Below are positions 13,481-24,720 of a stretch of DNA of 64,000 nt, piece by piece. The notes under the pieces are model-generated. The model saw only the letters and a program-made list of their open reading frames with translations. It did no database searches and had not been told where the DNA came from. A program made the translations under genes and the position numbers. Source of the DNA: the human T2T-CHM13v2.0 reference genome, Homo sapiens; the NCBI RefSeq assembly GCF_009914755.1, contig NC_060927.1. The stretch is one strand, 5' to 3'. Every line of letters begins with the position of its first letter. The stretch's first letter is position 1.

Positions 13481-15296
13481 ATAGGTTTTCAGAGGCCCCA
13501 GCACAACCTCCTGTCTGCACTGGCTCCCTTCCCTCAGTCTCTATTCCTAACCTACCCTGGGTCCTTTCTACAGTCCACCAACAGCAGGTCCATCTGGCTC
13601 CGTGATTTCCCAAGAAATAATGGCTTAATCCTCTCATAACTTTCTTTTGACTTTAACCCAGAGGATTGAGATAATATTTGATATATTTGAGCTAAAAATT
13701 CAAGTTTTTCCTTGGCTTGTACCTCTGGCACCTCTCCATGACCTATTCTCTGTCATTAATTCTGTGGTACTTGAAGGTAACATTTGGACCACATTATGGA
13801 GATGGGCTGACCTGTGTGATGGGGGTTGTGCTGACACTGTGAGTGTTGGGTGTATATGAGGGGACCACTCTTTAATTCAAAGAAGAGCAGGACAGAGAGG
13901 AGTTTCGTGGAAACTGCCTCAGGCCTGCTTTGTTCTGGTTGAGATGTCCTGCCTGTGGCTACATCCATCTAATACTATTTAGGACATGAAAGGGCTTAGA
14001 ATCAAAGCCTCAAATAGGAACATGTCAGGGCAAGCCACATCCTTCTCTAAATACAACTCAGTGTCGTGCTGTCTCCAAGTAGAACTGAAGCAGGAAGACC
14101 CAGGTGTCCATGGAAAGAGCTGGTCTCTCTGGGTCCCTCTGCAGAGATCCTGCATTTTTCCCTTTTGTAGCCAGCCTGCTGTGACTTTGCTTATGTTAAA
14201 TGCCAATTTCAACAGCATGTTTTCATGCCTGCTGGTGCCCACTGTAAATCTGTGACATCTACATGATGATGATGCCCCTTATCATCCAGAGGGGAAGTCA
14301 GGGGCAAACTTGAATATGCTCTTTGGAGCCAATGAACCAGCTGATGGAGCTCAGAGCTAAAATGAGAGCCTCAGGATTTGATCCCAGAGAAGAAAGGCTG
14401 CCACTGACTGCTTTCTGAGAAGAAGCTGGAGATGATAGAGAGGAGGTTACCCCAGCAAACAGAATGTTCCCCCAGAGGAAAGATGGTGCAGTTTTCTTGC
14501 TTACAGCTAGCTAAGCTGAACACTTTCCCCCTAGAAGAACACGGGGACCCAGGAATGACATGCACTGAATGTGACTTGAGGAAAAGAGAAGGCAAGGCAA
14601 TGGTCTGGACAATCTTGGGATGTGCCCATCCTGTCTGCTCAGGGAAGGGCAGAGATGGGAGGACCTCAAAGGCCTTGAGGAGCAGCCCTTGCAGGCCACA
14701 GCTCTAGGAGCTCTCAGCAACAGGATTCTGCAGGACAGAGCAGTCAGCACCCTCCTCTCACCGCCACACTGCCTTCCCTGTCTCACTTGCTCCTTGAGAA
14801 CAACTCCTCACCGAGGATCTATGTGGGGGTGAAACTGCAGCCTTAACCCAAACCCTGCAAACAAGCATGAGAAGTCTTTCCATTTACTACTAATTGCCAT
14901 TCTGAATACCAGCCCTCTGCCCTATGGGCAGTTACTGAACAGCCTGCCCCTTTCTTTGCCCTTGTGGTAGGACTGGGTTGTCTTGTTTTCTCCCCGTATC
15001 CACTAACCCCAGCCAGAATCTTGATTCTCAGATTGTGCCCACTTGCCTTACTTTCCACATGGGCCTCTAGGCCACAGGAAGTCTGGCTCCTCACCTTTGT
15101 ACACAGGAGGGCGAACAGATAATTGCCCCGTTGCTTGCCCCCAGCTGCAGGGAGGTGGCCCAGGCTGAAGACCCATCTCAGTTCAGAATGTTCCAGTGTC
15201 TCCTGTCTCATTTCCAGTAAAACGAAGTCCTTTCTGTGACTGCAAAGAGGCTCCACAAAACCTGTTCTGGAGCCTATTCTCTGACTTCATCTCCTA

Positions 15297-15787
15297 TGTA
15301 TTCATTTCCTGTTGCTGCTGTAACAAATTACCATGAACATGGTGGCTTCAAACAACAACACAAACTCATTATCGTACAGTTCTGTGGGTTGGAAATGCAA
15401 CATGAGTCCCCATGGGCTAAAATCACAGTTTCAGCAATCAGGGCCACATTCCTTTTTGTAGGCTGTTAGGGAAAAGCTATTTCTTGCCTCTTCCAGCTTC
15501 CAGAGACCACCACACTTTCTCCATCTTCAAAGCCAGCAATGTTGCATCTTTCTGATCCTCCTTCCATGGTAATGTTTCCCCTGGGCCACAGTGGGAAAGG
15601 TTCTCTGCTTTTAAGAACACCCACCATTACACTGTCCTCACCAGAATGATCCAGCATAATCCCCTTGCCTCGAGGTCCCTAACAGAATCACATTTGCACA
15701 GTCTCTTTTGCCATATAAGGTAACATATTTATAGGTTCTGGAGAGGAGGATGTGGACATCTTTGGCGGACGTTATTCTGTCTACCAT
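15297..15787 (-). mobile_element. MaLR solo LTR (MLT1D-like)
   Basis: tgtattcatttcctgttgctgctgtaacaaattacc...gggctaaaatca...tccatcttcaaagccagcaa...ttattctgtctacca. Confidence 0.8.
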
Positions 15788-15829
15788 TCACCTGACCAGC
15801 CTGCCTCACTGAGCCATTACCAATCAAGC

Positions 15830-16178
15830 CATGCATACGCTCACCTCAGGGCCTGATCTTTTGTTCCCTCTGCTTGGAACACACCAGATACCCCAGATCC
15901 TCAGAGACTTGGATGTCTTGCTGTCACACTTCCTTCTGCTTGAATGTCACCTGATTAGAGAGGTCTTCCCTAACTCCCACCCTCTCCCATCACAGTGTAT
16001 ACTCCCTTCTCTGTTTTACTTTTCTTCATTGCATTTATCACTACCTGACATATTTGTTAATATTCCTCTGCAAATCCCCCCTACCAATACAGGGATTTTG
16101 TCTACTGTGTTCATTGCCCTATCCCCAGCATCTAAAACAGTAGCTGCCATGTAAGAAGTTCTCAGTAAATATTTATAG
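15830..16178 (+). mobile_element. L2 3' fragment
   Basis: aatgtcacc...gttcattgccctatccccagcatctaaaacagt...ctcagtaaatattt. Confidence 0.6.
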
Positions 16179-17417
16179 AAAGGAGGGACGGATCATGCAT
16201 CAGGGACCTCTGCAGAGTTCTTATGTGAAGGACCAGGCTCAGCATGTAGAACGGTAAAGGAAACTGGCTTAAGCTTTAGCAGGAGGACTTCAGGATGGGA
16301 ATGGGGAATCATGTTCTGATGCTAGGAGTCCTGATTGAGGAAGTCTTCTCTGGGGACGTATGGGTTAAGTACCTCTCATTTATTTGGACTGGTTGAAGGA
16401 TGAGCAGGTCATTATCCACATTCCATTATTGGCAGATGTACATCCTTTCTATTATTGGAAATCCTCAATAAACTCACCTGAGTTACATCAAGACAAAATC
16501 CACTTTCCATTTGACTCATCAGAAACCTCTGCACTGTACTCCGTGAATGTACATGCTGCTGCAGCTGCTATTTGTGCCTGTAGGAGGGAAGGTGGCGTTG
16601 GCAGAATTAAAATGCCATCCCACATAGTGGACACTTAGCAATCATAAGTTTACCTTAATTGAAACTCAGAGTGATAGACTGGCACTCTTATACTGCCCTA
16701 CTTTGGGAACACTTTGACCTACTTAGAGGTAAACGTTTTTGGAAGTAGATAAAACCTGGAGTGGTTTGTTTTTAGCAATTCCAGCTGCAGCCATCTTTCA
16801 CTTTGATAAATAGCTCATCTGCCCCTGAGCTCAGGCCAGCTCAGGCGGCTGCTCAGTACAGATATCCAGGAACCTGTCCTTGTTGCCAGCAGTTCTTCCT
16901 CTCTGTCCTCACAGAAGAGGAATGTTGGCCATTCTGGGGAGACATCTGTGTCCTCTCAGTATGGCCTGAACCACCCCCCTACCTTGAACCTGGTTCAGAC
17001 AAGACAGTGATCAGTAATACTTCCTGGAAAAAAAAAAAAGAGGGTGGCTGCAGGCTGAGCTGGGGCCTCTCTTAAGGATAAGTGAGACAGCTAGAAAGAG
17101 GCAAACAGGTGTCAATTGGGCAAGTACAGAGGAACACATTTAAAGGTCAGTAGGTGAAGACATATGGACTGAGCTCAGTAATGGTTCAGTCATTAGAGTC
17201 CAGGAGCTGTCTGTCACCAAGTGGATGATGGTACCCACAGGGCCAGCAGTGGTGCAGTGGTTAGACCACACTAAACAGAGATAAGAAGGAGAAGAGATTA
17301 CTATGCGTGATTCTGGCAAGCACACTTTTTCTGTACACCTTACTGTTAAAATAACGCATATTACCTGGGAATGGTTACCCACACAGATATTATACACTTT
17401 TGAAAAAAAACATATTT

Positions 17418-17708
17418 GGGCTGGACACAGTGGGTCATGCCTGTAGTCTCAGCACTTTGGGAGGCTGAGGTAGGATGATTGCTTGAGGCCAAGAGTTCAA
17501 GACCAGCCTGGGCAATGTAGTGAGACCCCATCTCTATAGGCAGGTGTGGTGATGCATGCCTGTAGTCCCAGCTACTTGAGAGACTGAGGTGGGAGCCCAT
17601 GATTTTGAGGTTACAGTGAGCTCTGATTATGCCACTGCACTTCAGCCTGGATGACAGAGCAAGACCCTACCTCCAAAACAAAACAAACAAACAAACAAAC
17701 AAACAAAA
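17418..17708 (+). mobile_element. Alu (AluJ-like) with (CAAA)n tail
   Basis: Alu consensus. Confidence 0.85.
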
Positions 17709-18422
17709 CCCCCCACCATATTTGGAGTTCAAATTAAATATAGAAGCAATGTACACATTGTACCTCCTCTCTCTAATTGAAGTGTTTCTGGTTACTGATG
17801 ACTATTGTCTCAATTCCTCTTTTTCACATAAAGAAGAAACCCCAACCTTATGTCCAGTACTATTCTGTTTCCATTTCTTTTTTCTTCCACAGAAAATTAA
17901 ACCAACTTCTGCTAGAATTCACCCTGTTCTTCTTTGTCTTTTCTCATGGAACAGGCCTTATTTAATTTACATTTTCCTTATAAACTCCCATGTATAGGTT
18001 AGCTTAGTGACTTACAAATAGTAAATATTCCAAGACCAATTATTTGTTGAATAAATGATTAGTACTTGGAAAGAATCTTAGATGTTTAGGCCACAGCCAC
18101 AAATGGAGGCCAGGGCTTGGTAATTTGGGAATATTGATTAGCCATCCCGATATCAGCAATCAGGCAGTTCATAGATCAGAAATCTACACAGGGAAGATGA
18201 GAATTAAGGAACCTGCAGTTAGCAACCAGGGAGCATGGCAGGCAGTGGAAGAATGGGTCAAGGGACCGATTGTCAGAGTTTGAGAAAGTAAAACCATTTG
18301 TGTTCAAGTGTTTCCTAAACTCTACAATGCAGGAACTCATCCACAGTGTGAGTGGCCTTGGGCCCTAAAGTCCGTGGTTCTCAGCCATGACTTCACATTG
18401 AAATCCTCTGCAGAGCTTTTTA

Positions 18423-18596
<174 letters not shown>

Positions 18597-19344
18597 CTAT
18601 AGAATCCAAATATGGGGGTGAGTGCTACAGGTGAGAATCACCCCTGTGGGGAAAGGAGAGCAAGGGAATGGTTGGAGTGGAGTTAAGGAGATCAGGGCCT
18701 GGCCTCTGCACTCACCAGGAACCATGATCACGGCTCACCAAGCCTATGCTCTATAAAAGGTCACAGTAAGAAGGGTCTCCTATGAATCTCTAGGCCTGAA
18801 TTGGGGCATGGTTGCTGTTCCTTCTTTCTCTATCCTGAGCTTTAAGAAATGTGGGGAAATGATTGTGATTTAGTAAAATTCTTTTCCTGTCCATCTGAAG
18901 AGAATAACCCTAAAGGAAAAAAAAATGGCATATGTCTGTTAGTGTAAGAGACAGGTACCTGAGGTCATGGTCCAGTGTTACTGAAGACTGTGGTTAATGT
19001 GGAGGGAGAGGCAGTCACACTGGTGCCTGATGTCAGGCCTGACATTGTGGTACACCTGGCCTACTACATCTGCAGGCTGATACCAGAAATTCTTTGGGGT
19101 TCACTGTTGTTGGAAATGAGGGTGGGACATAAAGTGGTCACGTAGGTAGGCAGAAAGCCTTATTCATGTAAAATGGACTTAGGCTGCAGGTATCACTGAA
19201 GACAAAGTCTGCCAAAAATATAAATGAGACTCAGCCATCTAGTTGAAAAGTAAGACTACTTTAAATATATTGCTTATAGCTCAGGAGCTTTTAGCCTGAA
19301 CTTTGGGAGTGGGTGGGTAGGTATGTGAAAACCCTGAAATAATA

Positions 19345-19870
19345 GACATTCAACTGGCTTACACAAAAAGGAATGTATAAGCGAGGGGCGGGCACAAGTA
19401 AGGTCCAGGAATAAAGCTTTAGGAAGAAGCCTCTCTAGCTATTCAAATGATATCATGGGAAACCTACCTCTCTCTCTCATCTTTTCCCTGTATTGGCTTC
19501 ATTCTCGGAGAGCTTCTTCCCACATTGTTATAGCAAAATACCCCCAGCTGCTTTAGGCTAACATTCCATCAACTTAGAAATCTTGTTGAAAGGGATGGCT
19601 GTTTTCTCAGATGTTCTTGCTAAGATCACAAGGTTTATGCTCATTGCATAAACTCGAGTCATGTGCTAAATCTGAACCAATCCCTGTGGCTGCCTGGCCA
19701 CACCCAGGTCATGGGCTTATCTTTGGAGTAGAGGGTGGACAAGGGGAAGATGTCAGCCACACCCAGAAACATGGTCTCCAAAGGGAGGAAGGCTGGTTCC
19801 TCAAAGACAAGTCAAGGTGCTGTTACAAAAAGAAGAGGGCACAAATGCCAAATGGGCAAGGACAATGTCC
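19345..19870. mobile_element. Degenerate MaLR LTR (MLT1J/K/L-like)
   Basis: aactggcttacacaaaaaggaat...tgaaccaatccctgtggc...ggtgctgttacaaaaagaag; old and diverged. Confidence 0.5.
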
Positions 19871-19879
19871 GAATCTCGA

Positions 19880-20310
19880 GTAGGTCTCCATGTGTTTCTG
19901 TACCAACAACATCAGCATCACCTGGGAACTCATAGCAATGCAAATTCTCAGGCCCCACCCCAGACCTACTAAATCAGCAGCTCTGGGAATGGAGCCTAAT
20001 AATCTGTGTTTTAACACACCCTCCAGGTGATTCTGATGTATACTTGAGTTTGAGAACCACCGCACTGCACCAGTGGTTTTCAAACTATGCTGCGTATTAC
20101 AGACACCTGGGGAACTTTTAAAATACTTGCGCCCAGTTGCACCCAAAGTCAATTGATCTAAATCTCAGGGTGTGTGTGGGGGTGGGTGGGGAGGGGGGAC
20201 TCAGGCAGCAATGGCCTCAGACTTGGTTCCACCTCAGAGCCTAAAAAATGCTAATGCCTAATATTTTTAAATGCTTCCCTCCTGATTCTTATCAGCACCA
20301 ATGTTTTAAA
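19880..20310. mobile_element. Two adjacent MER5-family MITEs
   Basis: catcagcatcacctgggaact...gtttgagaaccac (to ~20062), then cagtggttttcaaactatgctgcgtattacagacacctggggaactttt. Confidence 0.7.
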
Positions 20311-20639
20311 ATCATATTCTCCACCATCCCTTCTAAATTGTCTTGAGAATATTAACTTAAAACATCTGGATGCAGGCTGGAGAATCTAGGCATCTATTAA
20401 CCCTCTCAACTAATAAACCTGGTCACATATCTGATGTGGATTCACTTTTCTCTCACATTCATGATGAGTCTGTCCTAGTAGCTAGCTTCAGAAGGACTGA
20501 AATTGTTTTTGTTCACCAATGTAGACCCAGTACCTAGAACAGAGCCTGACACAGAGTAGGCACTCAGTAAGTATTTGATGAATTAACGAGTAGGTCCACA
20601 AACAGTTAGTGTCCCCATGTTGTTTGAGATTTCCTTGAT

Positions 20640-21265
<626 letters not shown>

Positions 21266-21799
21266 CTACTTTAGGGTCTACTGGTATTTGATTTCTAAAG
21301 TAAGAGTTGGGTCTTTCTCAAACATGTAACTCAAGCCAGTTTCAGCAGGATGAGATGTCATTAGTCTCTTGCAAAGAATTGTGACAAAAAAGTGATCCAG
21401 TGTTATCTGAACACAAAAACCAAGAGGGAAGATTTGAGTAAAAAACAAACTGGTTATTCCCCATGAAATTTTGAAGCATCTTTGAATTCCCATCATAATG
21501 CCCCCAAAGTGTAAAAAGAGAGGGATTGGGTGGGTAAACCAAATATTGAACCTTGGACCATAGCATCCATACTATGGATCACAAGCAAATAAAGTTAATT
21601 TTTACAGACAGTTTTGGTCTGGGCTTGCAAGAAAAACAAAATAGGTATTGTCTTTGGTGACATGGAAGAGAGAACTAAATAATAGTGCTGGTTGTTGTGG
21701 GTCAGAACTGGAACCCAGGATAACTATGTGAGGATTAAGGATCCTGCAGTAATTCAGTCTGGCAAAATGAGACTGACCAATTATCAGGATGGTCAGTGA

Positions 21800-22177
<378 letters not shown>

Positions 22178-22599
22178 TTAGAAAGAGCACCAGAGATTCA
22201 TTTCCTGCTTGACAGTGACGTTCTTATGTAAACCTTGCCAAGAGAAACCATCAGGGAGATGGCAGTAGCAGAACTAGAGGGTAGATTTTTGACTTTATGT
22301 TCTACTGTTCCAAAGGGGTGAAGCTTTTTAGAGCTTTTCTTTAGAATTAAACCATTAAAGCCTCATCATAGTTTATTAATTCAGTTTCTTCAAAGGTAAA
22401 ACAGGACACTACTTTACAAGGTTTTTTTATGAGGATAAATGAGATAGTATATGGAGAACATGGAGGAAACTGCTTAGCATATAAATGCTCAATAAATGTA
22501 AGCTATTATTACTCATTAGGTCATGCTTCGATCATTTACTGGTATCCCAACCATGTGGCAGATGCCTTGGCACATTTTTTTTGGGGGGGTTGAGCTGGG

Positions 22600-22897
22600 G
22601 GGGATGGGGTCTCACTCTGTTGCCCAGGCTGGAGTGCAGCAGCACAATCATGAGTCACTGCAGGCTTGACATCCCCAGGCTCAAGTGATCCTTCCACCTC
22701 AGCCTGCCAAGTAACTGGGACCACAGGTATGGTCCACCAAGCACCGCTCATTTATGTACTTATTCATTTATTTTTATTATTTGTAGAGACAGGGCCTCCC
22801 TGCATCGTTCAGGCTGGTCTTGAACTCCTGGGCTCAAGTGATCTGCCTTGGCCTCTCAAAGTGCTGGGATTACAGGCATGAGCAACCATGCCTGGCT
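22600..22897 (-). mobile_element. AluJ-like
   Basis: Alu reverse complement. Confidence 0.85.
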
Positions 22898-23427
22898 GTC
22901 ACATAGATAAATAAAGCACAAATCTAAGCATGGTTCCAACTGGGAAAGGAAGCCCCAAATCCTGGTAACTTTTAAAAGCCTTGTCCCATGAGTGTGTTTC
23001 TTCCAGGAAGGCATTGGTTACCTGGGTGATCAAGCTTCTGTTTTTCATTCCTCCCACAAACTTCCCTTTTTTCTGATGAATGGGCCCTCTTTATGAGTGT
23101 TGTGTGTTTCCAGCAGGCCCTTTGCCCTAAAGCTGGACACAAAGGAATGGGAGAGACACCCTGTGAGTAATACAGTGGTTCATGGAAAGGTCCCACTGAT
23201 GTGGTCCAAGTGGGCTTCAAGGGGGTTGTGGAAAGCAAGCTTGGCCTTGAAACATGAAAAAGATTTAAAAGATAGGGATAGGGATATAAGTAAAGGAATG
23301 ATAGGTCTACTGGGCATATTGGGCCGAGGGGATGGTGAATGGAAGTCTTGCACCGTAAGTAAGATGTTCGAAGTTTCTCTGTAGGCATTCATTCACCTGG
23401 AAATATTAAACTTCACCTCTGTAACAG

Positions 23428-23659
23428 GATGTTAGCCCAGAAACATGGCCTGAGAAGGGAGGAGGACTGGTTCCTCAAAGACAAGTCAAGGGGCTGTTAC
23501 AAAAAGAAAAGGGGACAGTTGCCAAATAGGCAAGGAAAAAGTCTGAATCTCAAGTAGGTCTCAGTGTGGTCCTATACCAACATCAGCATCACCTGGGAAC
23601 TTGTAGCAATGCAAATTCTCGGGCCCCACCTCCTACCTACTAAATCAGCAACTCTGGGA
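23428..23659 (+). repeat. Local direct duplicate of 19749-19988 (MLT1/MER5A junction fragment)
   Basis: Shared ctggttcctcaaagacaagtcaagg...aacatcagcatcacctgggaact...cctactaaatcagca-ctctggga. Confidence 0.85.
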
Positions 23660-23691
23660 GACATCCATAGATATTTTTAAATTCTACCATC

Positions 23692-23832
23692 GGCTGTATG
23701 TGGTGGCTCACATCTCTAATCCTAATGTTTTGGGAGGCTAAGGCAGGAGGATCACTTGAGCCCAGGAGTTCAAGACTAGCTGGGGCAACATAGCAAGACC
23801 CGAGACCCTGCCTCTATTAAAGAAAATTTTTT
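23692..23832 (+). mobile_element. Alu left monomer (FLAM-like)
   Basis: ggctgtatgtggtggctcaca...gcaacatagcaagaccc. Confidence 0.75.
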
Positions 23833-24606
23833 AAAGAAAATCTACAACCGTGGAATATAGGAATTCTTTTACATTTTTTTTTTAAATGGGGAAACTGAAG
23901 ATAAAAGGTGAAGTGACTTGCCTAAGTTCAAACAGCTAGCAGGTGGCAAAACTGAGCTTTGAAGGTTGGTTGTATGATTCCAAACCCAGAGTGTGTTTTC
24001 ACGTCATTACAGTTGGAGAGCTGATCAATATGAGGCACTGTTATCATTATTAGTAATCAGCATTACACGGAAGGAAAGGAAAGGGTTGGGGACGGTGTTT
24101 TCAATACAGAGGAGGCTGTGGGGAGGGAACGGGTGAGGCTGCGAGGAAGAAAAGGGCATCCTTGAGTCTTGGAGCATCTAAGTCTGCCCCTCTCTTACCT
24201 CTTTGGCCCCATCTAGTTGTATTTTTTAAGCCAACGCCCATTGTGGTGGCCTTTGAAGGGAGGAAGTTGCACATAAGGAGTACCTACCTGTTTGGTGCCA
24301 AGGGCTCAAACTCCACCCGTTTGCCCCGTGCCCACAGCGTTGGTGCCACAGGCAGCGTTACATGAGGCTCCGGCCGCTGCTGGCCAGGTCTCCTGCCCAC
24401 AGCTGGACCTTGGAACTCCGCCCCTTAGGCCCTCCCTCCCCGCCTGGCCCCTCCCCGCTTCCCAAGGTGGCAGTGGCTCCCAGTAAGTCAGAGCTGCGGC
24501 CGCGGTGCGGGGAGAGCACAGCGGGGAGGGCGGGAGCCGGCTCTCGGGCGGCGGCGCTGAAGTTTCCTTCCCGCCGCGCTCTCACCCCGGGCTGGCGCCC
24601 CGTGCC

Positions 24607-24639
24607 ATGCGGGAGCGCTGGGGCGGCGGGGCAACATGA
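24607..24639 (+). other. Upstream ORF MRERWGGGAT* whose TGA overlaps the Duet ATG
   Basis: gccATGc at 24607; 10 sense codons; TGA at 24637-24639 within acATGA. Confidence 0.6.
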
Positions 24640-24720
24640 AGGGCGGCGACAGGGCTTACACCCGAGGTCCCTCTTTGGGGTGGCTCTTTGCTAAGTGCTG
24701 CTGTTGCTTCCCGTGTAGAG
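24636..24720 (+). CDS. KALRN: Coding part of the alternative first exon of the short kalirin isoform Duet/TRAD (MKGGDRAYTRGPSLGWLFAKCCCCFPCR, phase 1)
   Basis: gcaacATGa start (A at -3), 28 codons + 1 nt, consensus donor GAG|gtgagt at 24720/24721. Same exit phase as the SH3 exon, and the peptide matches the Duet N-terminus as I recall it. Confidence 0.92.
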
